This document shows positions 20,450-28,913 of a stretch of 37,697 bases of DNA, in pieces. The first letter of the stretch is position 1; every line of letters starts with the position of its first letter. The notes under the pieces were generated by a model that was not told where the DNA came from, did not search any database, and saw only the letters and a program-made list of their open reading frames with translations. A program made the position numbers and the translations under genes. This stretch comes from a plasmid. The stretch lies in the sequence record NZ_CP016506.1; one strand, 5' to 3'.

Positions 20450-20599
20450 TTATTTATCTGTTCTCTTTTGTGTCTTTTTTTCCAGTGCTTTTCTGAGTAA
20501 TGCCATATACTCAGGAAAGACATGGAATGGCATCAAAGGGAAAACCGGACGCCCACCCTTTTCAACGTCATTTATTGCTGATAATATGCGTTCCGACAT
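20450..20599 (-). CDS. hypothetical small protein (49 aa from internal Met)
   Basis: GAGG RBS before the second Met. Only 13 nt separate it from the downstream gene. Confidence 0.4.
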   Translation of the reverse strand: MSERILSAINDVEKGGRPVFPLMPFHVFPEYMALLRKALEKKTQKRTDK

Positions 20600-20668
20600 T
20601 TTATTCCTCGCAATAGAATCAGGTGTCACGGTATCAGGTTGCCCCACAACCTGATACCATCTTTATCT

Positions 20669-20848
20669 TTACTTTATTAACTTCTCAATTGCTTCTTTTT
20701 TTGCTTTCTCCTGTTCTGATGGTGGGTATGCAAGGTCATACCAGTTATCAATACAATGAATAACTCTTTCTTTAGATAATCCACATTGCTCAAACCAAAA
20801 TTTTATATTTCGGTTTAATGATGCTTTTGCGCTAAACTCTCTTTCCAT
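20669..20848 (-). CDS. hypothetical small protein (59 aa), not in ORF track
   Basis: ATG at 20848 with an AAAGG RBS. Follows the GGGGG/CCCCC terminator hairpin at 20862-20886. Confidence 0.35.
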   Translation of the reverse strand: MEREFSAKASLNRNIKFWFEQCGLSKERVIHCIDNWYDLAYPPSEQEKAKKEAIEKLIK

Positions 20849-20890
20849 TTTCAGACCTTTACTAAAAGGGGGAATATCCCCCCTGATTAA

Positions 20891-21220
20891 TTAGTAGTAA
20901 GAAGAAAATCGATGTTTTTCTTCCGGTAGAGTTTTATACGCAGTTTCAAAATCTTCGATTTTGATTGCCAGCTCATCACCAAAATCTTTTATCTGACGCT
21001 TAAAACATTCACCAGTAAAATCATTTAAAACGGGAGTTTTAAAGCCGACCATTGAATCGGTATATTCTGAATTGGCGCGAATCTCGCGAACGGTGACGGT
21101 TTTTTTACCGTGAACAGAAAGAACCTGGTAGAAGGTTACATTGGTTTGCTCATAGCCCCATGATGATACAAAGATATCACCAACAGAGATAGTATCATTT
21201 TTAAAAGTTAATACTTTCAT
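20891..21220 (-). CDS. hypothetical protein (109 aa) driven by 85-bp promoter cassette
   Basis: GGGAG RBS. The conserved promoter repeat sits immediately upstream. Confidence 0.6.
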   Translation of the reverse strand: MKVLTFKNDTISVGDIFVSSWGYEQTNVTFYQVLSVHGKKTVTVREIRANSEYTDSMVGFKTPVLNDFTGECFKRQIKDFGDELAIKIEDFETAYKTLPEEKHRFSSYY

Positions 21221-21231
21221 TTTTAGCTCCC

Positions 21232-21316
21232 GCCCAGCTTGGGCTCTGGATGAAAGAGAACCTGTTTCCCTTTCCTGTGTTTTATTATACCTGCATTTGC
21301 AGGTATGGCAAGCTAT
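21232..21316 (-). promoter_or_regulatory. 85-bp promoter/operator cassette copy 1: -35 TTGCCA, 16-nt spacer containing palindrome CCTGCAAATGCAGG, -10 TATAAT, conserved 60-nt leader
   Basis: Near-identical to 22141-22225. The -10 hexamer is perfect. A palindrome overlaps the spacer. Confidence 0.65.
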
Positions 21317-21534
21317 TTTTTTACCAGCCTGTAAGACGGATGCATATTTGCTAATAACAATAAATACTGATATTCACCAATAGATAAAGAACGACTGGCC
21401 TTACCTGCACTTTCTTTCATCTGCCAGGAATTCAGTTGATAACCAAAAATATCAGCAGCTTCTTTAAGAGTAAGACCTGCCGCAACCCGCGCATTCTTTA
21501 CTTCTTCAGGTGTAGGTTTATTCTGCATTTTCAT
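21313..21534 (-). CDS. XRE/Cro-like helix-turn-helix protein (73 aa)
   Basis: The AAGLTLKEAADIFGYQLNSWQMKESAGK stretch fits an HTH_XRE pattern. Confidence 0.65.
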   Translation of the reverse strand: MKMQNKPTPEEVKNARVAAGLTLKEAADIFGYQLNSWQMKESAGKASRSLSIGEYQYLLLLANMHPSYRLVKK

Positions 21535-21763
21535 TCCCTTTTGTCAGACAATCACACAAAACCCCATTATCCAGAAGCATCAATGATGCCAGGTTGAGTT
21601 TTTCGTCCATTATCAATTTTCTTACTGTTTTCCTGCTTTTAGTTTTATCAATCGTCTTAACATATTTTAAGACGTGAAAAACCGTATCCCCATCTTCATC
21701 CATCGTTCTGATTACATAGGAGTAATTACCTCTGTTTTTCTTAATTATCTTATCTTTATCCAT
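21518..21763 (-). CDS. hypothetical protein (81 aa from Met5), overlaps HTH gene by 17 nt
   Basis: GAGG RBS before the MDKDK start. Coupled to the downstream HTH gene. Confidence 0.5.
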   Translation of the reverse strand: MDKDKIIKKNRGNYSYVIRTMDEDGDTVFHVLKYVKTIDKTKSRKTVRKLIMDEKLNLASLMLLDNGVLCDCLTKGNENAE

Positions 21764-21780
21764 ATTATTCCTCATAACTA

Positions 21781-21807
21781 AAAAAGGGGCTTAATGCCCC
21801 TTTTTAT
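21781..21807. terminator. bidirectional Rho-independent terminator (aaaaaggggcttaatgcccctttttat)
   Basis: A GC stem flanked by A and T runs on both sides. Confidence 0.7.
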
Positions 21808-22131
21808 CTATAACACGGTATGTAACCCTGTTTCCTGTGTAAATAAACGCGCTAACTGATCACAATAGATATTATCGAATCTTGAAATATCTTTAACTTC
21901 AGCACCACGTACACGAGAAAATTTCACCTGGTACGTATCAGTAAAATCCAGTTTAATTTTTACTAAGTTGATGCCTTTCATTGCAAAATTTGACGGCAAA
22001 CGGAAAGTTAACCCACACTCACCGTTTTCATCAAAGTAAGAAAAACTTTTAGCACCAGTCATAACAATAAAACGATTACCACCAAGTTGACGTAAAATCT
22101 CTGTGGCTACAGATTTAGCGTAGTTTTGCAT
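21808..22131 (-). CDS. hypothetical protein (107 aa) driven by 85-bp promoter cassette
   Basis: ATG at 22131 with a GGGAGG RBS. The ORF track extends it with a GTG into the repeat. Confidence 0.6.
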   Translation of the reverse strand: MQNYAKSVATEILRQLGGNRFIVMTGAKSFSYFDENGECGLTFRLPSNFAMKGINLVKIKLDFTDTYQVKFSRVRGAEVKDISRFDNIYCDQLARLFTQETGLHTVL

Positions 22132-22140
22132 TTTTAACCT

Positions 22141-22225
22141 CCCGCCCACTTTGGGCTCTGGATGAAAGAGAACCTGTTTCCCTTTCTTGTGTTTTATTAT
22201 ACCTGCATTTGCAGGTATTGCAAAT
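22141..22225 (-). promoter_or_regulatory. 85-bp promoter/operator cassette copy 2 (-35 TTGCAA, palindrome CCTGCAAATGCAGG, -10 TATAAT)
   Basis: Direct repeat of 21232-21316. Confidence 0.65.
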
Positions 22226-22276
22226 TTTTAATGCTCTCGCTCTGACTGTAAACAGTCAATCATTTGATGATTAATC

Positions 22277-22558
22277 TTAGCGCAAATCTGCGATCTGATA
22301 GACTTCGCTGCTTTCCCTTCTTCCAACGGCAATAACGAGTAAAACGACTTTCTCATCAATGACTTGGTATACAAGTCTGTAGCCAGATGCACGAAGTTTG
22401 ATTTTATAGCGATCAGCATGACCATGTAACCGGGCTGCGGGTACGCGTGGATTTTCCAGCCGTTCTGCCAGTTTCTTTTTGAATTGTTCACGGATGGTGT
22501 GGCCGAGTTTCTGCCATTCCTTCAGTGCTCTACGGTCAAAAGCCAGTTCATAGGTCAT
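22277..22558 (-). CDS. stbE: RelE/ParE-family toxin
   Basis: A 93-aa basic protein with a RelE-like C-terminus (RLVYQVIDEKVVLLVIAVGRRE). Overlaps the upstream antitoxin gene. Confidence 0.85.
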   Translation of the reverse strand: MTYELAFDRRALKEWQKLGHTIREQFKKKLAERLENPRVPAARLHGHADRYKIKLRASGYRLVYQVIDEKVVLLVIAVGRRESSEVYQIADLR

Positions 22559-22799
22559 CCAGGTTAACCTTCACAATTTCCGGGTTTTTCATGCGCTCAT
22601 CAGCAACAGCGTTTAACTCAGCATCTTCAGCGAGTTCCCGATAGTAGGCGTAAAGTTTTGGTGGAACGCAATAGAACGCCGGTTCGTTTCGGTTCAGGAT
22701 CGCAACAGCGTCCCCTTCACCTTCAGCTACGGTTCCCATAGGATTTTTTTTCAGGTCAGTAATACTGGCCGCTGTGGTTGTCAGAATTTGATAGCTCAT
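22548..22799 (-). CDS. stbD: Phd/YefM/RelB-family antitoxin
   Basis: An 83-aa acidic protein with a typical Phd/YefM N-terminus. It precedes the toxin and overlaps it by 11 nt. Confidence 0.85.
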   Translation of the reverse strand: MSYQILTTTAASITDLKKNPMGTVAEGEGDAVAILNRNEPAFYCVPPKLYAYYRELAEDAELNAVADERMKNPEIVKVNLDDL

Positions 22800-23271
22800 A
22801 AGCCCTCCGCTTGTCTCATTGGCATAATAGCATCTTTAAAAGCACTCTTAAAAGTGCTTATGTTGAGAAAAACATCAGAACAGGTGAGATATGGCTCTTT
22901 CCGACATCGCCTTAAAACGCTCTGTAACGCGTTCTGAGCGTTTTTCCCGTTTCGTTGTAGTTCAGCTACGGTTTAACGGTTTTTAACGCCGCTCAACGCT
23001 TTTTAGCGGCCTTGTTGCTGTGATCTGTTGCCATGATCCGGATAGGAGTTCAATCTTGATCAAAATTTCCTCAAGGCAACGACTGTTTTGTAAATACCCT
23101 CTAAAACGCGCTGTATCGCATTCTGAGCGATTTTTTCGATTTCGCATGGTTTCACCATGGTTGTATCGAACGAAGCGGCAGAAAGCGATTCAGGGCTTCT
23201 CAGTGAAAGATCCAAAAAGGATCAATCAACGGATCGTATGAGCTGAACTCTTCTGGTTTTGAGAAAGGAGA

Positions 23272-23335
23272 CACCGCTCGCCGCAGCCGAACGACCGAGC
23301 GTAGCGAGTTAGTGAGCGAGGAAGCGGAATAGCAC
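23272..23335. other. segment nearly identical to the pMB1/ColE1 region just downstream of ori (ccgctcgccgcagccgaacgaccgagcg.agcgagt.agtgagcgaggaagcggaa); candidate PriA-type primosome assembly / ssi site
   Basis: Recognised from memory of pBR322 and pUC sequence. About 55 of 58 nt match. Confidence 0.45.
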
Positions 23336-23441
23336 AGGGATTACATTAGGCACTTACGCACAGTGGTTAAAAAATGAGCATATTGTTTTTATGTGTGGTT
23401 GTCTTGGTTCAGAGTGATCTGTCCTCCGGGTTTACGCAAAG

Positions 23442-23489
23442 TTATCCACAGGCGCTGTGAATTTTTTGTTTTGAGCAGAGTTATCCACA
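23442..23489 (+). promoter_or_regulatory. two consensus DnaA boxes TTATCCACA (23442-23450, 23481-23489)
   Basis: Exact matches to the TTATNCACA consensus, 30 bp apart, upstream of an AT-rich GATC-rich stretch. Confidence 0.8.
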
Positions 23490-23499
23490 GATTTTTTGT

Positions 23500-23600
23500 G
23501 TTTTTTTGCTTATTAAACTTCTTGTTTTTAAGATCTTAAATGTAGATCGGTAGATCTACTTTAAGATCTTTAACTTACTTTAACTTATTCTGCAAACATT
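23500..23600. other. oriV: AT-rich DNA-unwinding-like region with 5 GATC sites (origin of replication, gamma-type)
   Basis: AT-rich, with tightly clustered agatct and gatc motifs between the DnaA boxes and the iterons. Confidence 0.7.
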
Positions 23601-23660
23601 GTGCCAGCTTTTTTATCAATAATTTCATTAAGATAGGTGTTGTTTTTTGTCGCCTCAAAA

Positions 23661-23781
23661 TGAAAGGTGGATGGGTACGCACTGAAAGGTGGATAGGTAC
23701 GCACTGTAATTTTCATGAAAGGTGGATGGCTGCGCACTGAAAGGTGGATGGGTACGCACTGAAAGGTGGATGGGTACGCAT
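23661..23781 (+). repeat. five 22-bp iterons TGAAAGGTGGATGGGTACGCAC (four contiguous pairs, one 11-bp spacer) - Rep/pi binding sites of oriV
   Basis: Directly visible tandem repeats. Two further single copies at 23865-23886 and 23950-23968 lie in the pir promoter region. Confidence 0.9.
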
Positions 23782-23864
23782 TTTTCTGTTTTTATTCAGA
23801 TATTCGTATCTTTGTATCTTCATTTCTTTAGTTCTTTATAGTGCTCTAATTTAACGTATGACGT

Positions 23865-23968
23865 TAAAAGGTGGATACCTGCGCATTTCTATCATATTGA
23901 ATATAAATGATAAAAATTCTTTCATGTGATCCGTGTTTTGGTGGAAATACATAAGGTGGATAAACCAC
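23865..23968 (+). promoter_or_regulatory. two isolated degenerate iterons (AAAGGTGGATACCTGCGCAT; ATAAGGTGGATAAACCAC) in the pir promoter - autoregulation operator
   Basis: Sequence matches the iteron core AAGGTGGAT. Confidence 0.6.
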
Positions 23969-24032
23969 TTTACATATTTCCGCCTTTGTGGTTATGATTT
24001 CACCATCAGAACTTAAAAACCACAGGTAATGT

Positions 24033-24869
24033 ATGAACTTACTGAGCGTTACAAAGAAAACAAAAATTCGCCACAGAAATGAAATTAACAGCACATTCTC
24101 ATCGTTGCCTTTGTCTGCCAGAAGAATTTTGTTTATGGCTATGGCGCAGATTGATTCACGTGAAGAGTTATCTGAGGGGGCAACCTTTCGTATTACGGCT
24201 CGGGAATATGCATTTATCGCTGATATTGATGTAACAGGTGCTTACCGGCAGTTGAAAGAGGGGGCAGAAGAACTTCAGGCCAGTGTTATTCGCATTCCTC
24301 GAAATCAACTTCTCACACCTCAGGGCAATCAAAGCTCTGGACATACGAAGAAGAGAGGTAAATTACCTTCTGATGCAGTCAGGCTTATGAACCTGACTGC
24401 GTTTTGTGATTATGTTGAAAGTGAAGGATATATTGATATTGCTTTTTCACATGTCATTGAGCCATATATCACGATGTTAAAGGATTCTTACACTACTCAG
24501 GTTTTGATATCGTCTGTAAGACTCGCTGATCAAAATTCAAATATGCTTTATCAGTTTATCAGGAAACAATACAGCAGTGGTAAAAAGACATTTTTCGACA
24601 TTGAAGTAGATGTATTAAAGGATGAACTTGAATTATTCAGAATAGATAATGGCGAAAAAGTTTACCTTTATCAGAATTTTAAGGATTTTAATAAGGTTTT
24701 TCTGCAAAAAAATATTGAAAAAATAAATCAATATACAGAGATTAATCATCTCGAAGTTAAAATCGTTGAGAGAGTCGCAAGAAGAGCATCAAAGCTAAGG
24801 TTTTCTTATAAAATAGATAAAGAAAGTGAGGGCTTAGATATCAGAATACCATACGGTTTCAGAGGATAA
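24033..24869 (+). CDS. pir: Rep_3-family replication initiator (pi protein)
   Basis: N-terminal KKTKIRHRNE and LAYRQLKEG-like motifs shared with R6K pi. Iterons lie upstream. Confidence 0.9.
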   Translation: MNLLSVTKKTKIRHRNEINSTFSSLPLSARRILFMAMAQIDSREELSEGATFRITAREYAFIADIDVTGAYRQLKEGAEELQASVIRIPRNQLLTPQGNQSSGHTKKRGKLPSDAVRLMNLTAFCDYVESEGYIDIAFSHVIEPYITMLKDSYTTQVLISSVRLADQNSNMLYQFIRKQYSSGKKTFFDIEVDVLKDELELFRIDNGEKVYLYQNFKDFNKVFLQKNIEKINQYTEINHLEVKIVERVARRASKLRFSYKIDKESEGLDIRIPYGFRG

Positions 24870-24908
24870 TTGCATAAACTTCGTTTTGAGATCGAAATGA
24901 GGTAGCTC

Positions 24909-25355
24909 ATGGCTAAAATCTATCAATTCCCTCAGGGGGAAGAACGTGCTAAATTCAGGAAAGAAATTGCCAGGGAGCGTAAGAAACGTTTTGCAGTGAA
25001 AACAGGGAGCACTTTTGTTAAGTGGCTTGGCTGGGGATGGTTTTATCTTCGTCTTCTTGTCGCGAGTGTTTTACATTTTATCTTTGTTTTTGTGTTAGCC
25101 ATTCTTGGTGCGTTTAAATGGGCTGTATTCTGGCTGGGTGGTATTTTGTGTGTCATCACTTGGTATCATCTCGATCACCAGTTATGGACGCCACAAAATC
25201 TGACTATACCGGTGATTACGGCAACCTGGATTTTGGGACTGCTGGCTGAGCCTCTGATGGAGCTGCTCAACAAAACTATGCCTTGGCACAAGTTACTTGT
25301 TCCCGAACCTGCGGACGAAAGCACCGAGAACAGTAGCGAGATAAGCCAGCAATGA
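24909..25355 (+). CDS. bis: Bis-like membrane protein following pir
   Basis: 148 aa with two TM helices. Position and size match R6K bis. Confidence 0.6.
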   Translation: MAKIYQFPQGEERAKFRKEIARERKKRFAVKTGSTFVKWLGWGWFYLRLLVASVLHFIFVFVLAILGAFKWAVFWLGGILCVITWYHLDHQLWTPQNLTIPVITATWILGLLAEPLMELLNKTMPWHKLLVPEPADESTENSSEISQQ

Positions 25356-25389
25356 TGCTACTCAGCAGTTATGCCAGTCCCTGCCTTTT

Positions 25390-25491
25390 CACTGCGATGC
25401 AGGATAGGGCAAACGCCGCAAAATGACGTCTCTGACGCCATTCTGCAACGTTTGCCCGGTGACCTACAGTCGGTTCTTGTCGGAGAATTTT
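25390..25491. repeat. oriT: oriT-like element, right copy (inverted) of the roughly 100-bp repeat; nic motif on minus strand
   Basis: Reverse complement of 19840-19940 with 2-3 mismatches. Extends to the RBS of the flanking gene. Confidence 0.6.
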
Positions 25492-25848
25492 ATGGAATAT
25501 CAGGTGAGAGAGTTTATTAACGAAAAATATACTAAGGCTGTTAATATTTTAAAGGATAACCTTAAAGAAAACTACCATGTTTTTTATGGTGTGAGATTAA
25601 GTGAGATTCTTTTTCCAGCCAGTGAGTATGGCACTGATGCTTTCTTTAAAGAGTTTGAATTAATTAACAGTGTAATACTTCCACTGGTAATCTTTGATTT
25701 AACACAACGCAAGCCAATGATGATTATCAGCTTCGATAAGATACTTGATGCCAGTTTGTTGGAAGGAACAAATATTGTGGTTCTTGAATGTATTACCCTC
25801 GCTGATCTTCTGACAAATGATAACATTGATTTTTTATATAAAAGCTAA
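25492..25848 (+). CDS. hypothetical protein (118 aa)
   Basis: GGAG RBS shared with the oriT repeat. The ORF track start at 25423 lies inside the repeat. Confidence 0.55.
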   Translation: MEYQVREFINEKYTKAVNILKDNLKENYHVFYGVRLSEILFPASEYGTDAFFKEFELINSVILPLVIFDLTQRKPMMIISFDKILDASLLEGTNIVVLECITLADLLTNDNIDFLYKS

Positions 25849-26822
25849 GAGTCTCCTTTCAGTTTAAATTTTCTGCTTGGGTCGCCAAGTGTTATTGAGT
25901 CTACTTCATGTGAGTAATGAAGTGTATGATAATGTGCTGGATTTTTCAGATAATCAGGGAGTGATATTATTTTTCCGCAGCTAATTGCAGAATGAAACCA
26001 GTTGCGGAATGTCTCGCTATTTGTTTTTAATGCATCTTTTGGAATAAATACTAATTTTATGTTGGAAACGTAATTAACAGGTTTAAGTATGGTATGTCTG
26101 TTTTGTCCAAAGTCTTTTAAAGCATCTGTAAACTCGTATTCAGATGTATAAATTCTAGTTTCTTTATTAAGGGTTTTGATCTGGAATATGAATGAATAGT
26201 AATTCTTATCAAGTATTTCAACAGTGCCTGGGTCTATACTCAGTTGTTTAATAACAGCTTCTCTTTTATACTCTAACCCGTCTCTGACTGATTGATATAC
26301 AACCATTGCTGCATGATGTGAACCACCACTGTTTGAAGCTACATATCGGTCAAACCAAGAATAATATTTAACATTAATAGGGTTGCGTGGGGGGAAACCT
26401 TCATGCTCAATGTGCCATATATTATCTTTCCAGTCTAAAATATTTTCAGCTTTCAGATTTTCGGCAGGATACATCCCCTCTCCCCAAGAATAAAGATCTT
26501 TGAACCAACTACCATTTATTACCTTGCTCCATCCACAACCGAAACTTTTCGAGTCAGTCAGAGATTGTATTTTGTTAAAATCGAAGTCCAGAGAGTGTTT
26601 CTTATCTGTAGTTATTAAGTTGCTCAGAATTTCAGCCAGATCCTTGTCAATATATCTCAGTGAGTATTCGCTAAATATATTTTCAAGCTGCAATATGGTG
26701 TCTGCATCTGCTGTAGGTTTAAATAACTTAATATCAGCAAGATTTTTAAACGTTGCTGTGGTCAGTTTATGGTGATCTGTCAACCTGTAGAGGTCACAGA
26801 TCAATTCGGTTAAATATCTCAT
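25845..26822 (-). CDS. hypothetical protein (325 aa), distal gene of par operon
   Basis: A long ORF with no recognisable motifs, co-oriented with parA/parG. Confidence 0.6.
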   Translation of the reverse strand: MRYLTELICDLYRLTDHHKLTTATFKNLADIKLFKPTADADTILQLENIFSEYSLRYIDKDLAEILSNLITTDKKHSLDFDFNKIQSLTDSKSFGCGWSKVINGSWFKDLYSWGEGMYPAENLKAENILDWKDNIWHIEHEGFPPRNPINVKYYSWFDRYVASNSGGSHHAAMVVYQSVRDGLEYKREAVIKQLSIDPGTVEILDKNYYSFIFQIKTLNKETRIYTSEYEFTDALKDFGQNRHTILKPVNYVSNIKLVFIPKDALKTNSETFRNWFHSAISCGKIISLPDYLKNPAHYHTLHYSHEVDSITLGDPSRKFKLKGDS

Positions 26823-26846
26823 AGATTTTCATCCATGCTTCTATGG

Positions 26847-27128
26847 TTAGAATTTTGCAGACTCAAGCAACCAGTGATTCTTTATGTTTTCATCCTGGCT
26901 GTTGTACATCGCCAGCGCCGCTTTGAGAACGGTTGTTTTGCTCTGCCCTGTTCTGATAGCTTCAGCTTCCAGTATGTCCTCAAAATGGGCTGAAAGTCTG
27001 AAGTTCATCAACTTTGGTTTACCCACTACAGGCGCTCTGGTAGCGCCGGAGATAAAACGCGCGGTTTCTGCGTTTGTTGCTGGTTGCTGAGATTCATCGA
27101 TGTTCGGACGGTTTAGTTTTAAAGCCAT
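26847..27128 (-). CDS. parG: ParG/RHH-type centromere-binding protein
   Basis: The start at MALKLNRPN has a GGGGA RBS. A flexible N-terminus is followed by a C-terminal ribbon-helix-helix (KTTVLKAALAMY). Confidence 0.65.
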   Translation of the reverse strand: MALKLNRPNIDESQQPATNAETARFISGATRAPVVGKPKLMNFRLSAHFEDILEAEAIRTGQSKTTVLKAALAMYNSQDENIKNHWLLESAKF

Positions 27129-27225
27129 GACAATTTCCCCTTGTACGGTATGCATTAATAGTAAATATCATACTATCTTTATATTATCTTTACAATGTAA
27201 AGGTTTATAGATGGTATTGATATTA

Positions 27226-27888
27226 CTATAAAATTCCAATTTCCTGCGCCACTAGTTCAATCTGTGCTTTCGCTGTTGAAAGGCTTGATGCCCGGCTAAC
27301 GTCATGTACCCCTGCCCCTTCATTACAGGCGCTTTCATACACATCCAGCTCGGATATCCGGGTTTTAAGAGGTTGAATCCAGATGTTGTCCGAACGCAGT
27401 AATTTATCCAGATCAATGGCCGCTTTTCTGTGGCGGGGTTTCGCTGAGTTGATTCTGGTGAACAGCACCCACGGTTCCAGGGCTGCGTTAGCTTTCTGAG
27501 CGGTGCGGATTTTCTCTGTAACACTGGTCAGAGTTTCGCTTTCGAAATCAGAGGACGGCTTAACCAGTGTTACCACGATATCTGATACTGTCAGGGCGCT
27601 ACGGAACTCCTGGCTGTCGTGGCCGGGGCAATCGACAATGAGGACTTCACACAGCTTACTAAGTCGCTTAATTTCATTGCTGACGTTTCCGTAAGCTGCG
27701 TGAACCGGGATAGTGAGTAAGCCGTTATCTGTCCGCTTTTCGTTCCAGCTCAACAGATCGTGGTTTTTATCTGTCTTGAGGATAATTACCGACTTACCTT
27801 TATTGACCAGCATTGAGCCTGTGTTAGCCACGTAGGTGCTTTTGCCTACACCACCCTTATCTGATACGACAAGCAAGATTTTACCCAT
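27226..27888 (-). CDS. parA: ParA/ParF-type small Walker partition ATPase
   Basis: Deviant Walker A KGGVGKST. 220 aa. Confidence 0.85.
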   Translation of the reverse strand: MGKILLVVSDKGGVGKSTYVANTGSMLVNKGKSVIILKTDKNHDLLSWNEKRTDNGLLTIPVHAAYGNVSNEIKRLSKLCEVLIVDCPGHDSQEFRSALTVSDIVVTLVKPSSDFESETLTSVTEKIRTAQKANAALEPWVLFTRINSAKPRHRKAAIDLDKLLRSDNIWIQPLKTRISELDVYESACNEGAGVHDVSRASSLSTAKAQIELVAQEIGIL

Positions 27889-27889
27889 T

Positions 27890-28140
27890 TCAGAATTCCT
27901 CTCTTTATGACGTAAAGATTATGTAAAGACTGTCTTATCTTTACATTGTGTGTTGTTCGTAAAGATTATTTTGTCTTTACAGTGTCTTTATATTACAAAT
28001 GATTTACCATGTAAAGCACAAATAAAGATAAGCTTGTATTTATGTTATCTTTATTGTGTAAAGATTTGTGTGTATTTATAGTGGCTTTACGTGGTAAAGC
28101 TGAGACTGTCTTTACATCATCTTTATGTTGTAAATTTCTG
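27890..28140. repeat. parC: centromere/operator region: about 10 heptad repeats GTAAAGA / TCTTTAC in both orientations between divergent parA and resolvase
   Basis: Visible reiteration of cgtaaagat, tgtaaagac, tctttacat and similar heptads. Confidence 0.65.
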
Positions 28141-28268
28141 TGTGACATTGTCACTTTATGGTCGGAGGTCTGTTTTCTGGTTCTTTTTGAGTGTGCCTTT
28201 CCTGTCGATCTACTTTCTGGTGCATTTTGGGTATAGTGGTGTAACCTTATGTGAACCGGTTCTGTAAT

Positions 28269-28913
28269 ATGACTTCAAATGTACCAACAAGCTTTGTCCG
28301 CGCTTATCTGAGAGCTTCAACAGCAGAACAGGATGCTTCGCGTGCCCTGGAAACTATCGAGGCTTTTGCCAGGGAAAGAGGCCTGATCATTTGCAGCTAC
28401 TATATTGAGAATGAATCCGGCACCCGTCTTGAGCGCCCGGAACTTTTTCGTCTTCTGAGAGATTGCCAACAAAATGACATTTTGCTTATCGAGGATGTGG
28501 ACAGACTTTCCCGCCTGTCAGGGGAAGACTGGAATACGTTGAAGAAAATGATCCGGCAGAAAGACATCCGGGTTATGGCGGTGAATGTGCCGACGACATG
28601 GATTAATTCTGGTATGAGTGAGTTTGACAGCCGGTTGTTTGCAGCCATTAACGATATGCTGCTGGATATGCTGGCCGCAGTTGCCAGAAGGGACTATGAA
28701 CAACGTCGGGAACGCCAGAAACAAGGGATAGAGAAAGCAAAGAAAGACGGCAAATATAAAGGGCGTAAACCTAATCAAGCCAGACATGATGCAATTATCA
28801 GGTTGATAGAAAGCGGTAGCTCCTGGACACAGGTACAGAAAGTGCTAGGGTGCAGCCGTGGCACAATCAGTAATGCGCTAAAACGTAAAACCGGGCAGAA
28901 ATCCAGTAAGTAG
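28269..28913 (+). CDS. serine recombinase (resolvase/invertase family), multimer resolution
   Basis: N-terminal catalytic motif YLRASTAEQ and a C-terminal HTH (GSSWTQVQKVLGCSRGTI). Confidence 0.85.
   Translation: MTSNVPTSFVRAYLRASTAEQDASRALETIEAFARERGLIICSYYIENESGTRLERPELFRLLRDCQQNDILLIEDVDRLSRLSGEDWNTLKKMIRQKDIRVMAVNVPTTWINSGMSEFDSRLFAAINDMLLDMLAAVARRDYEQRRERQKQGIEKAKKDGKYKGRKPNQARHDAIIRLIESGSSWTQVQKVLGCSRGTISNALKRKTGQKSSK

Noticed and set aside
22228-22491. 87-aa ORF overlapping stbE in another frame
   Set aside because: stbE has clear RelE homology and is coupled to stbD. The alternative frame is unsupported.
23661-23781. Tandem 22-bp repeats considered as a possible CRISPR array
   Set aside because: The repeats abut without unique spacers, lie directly upstream of a Rep_3 initiator, and there are no cas genes. 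They are iterons.
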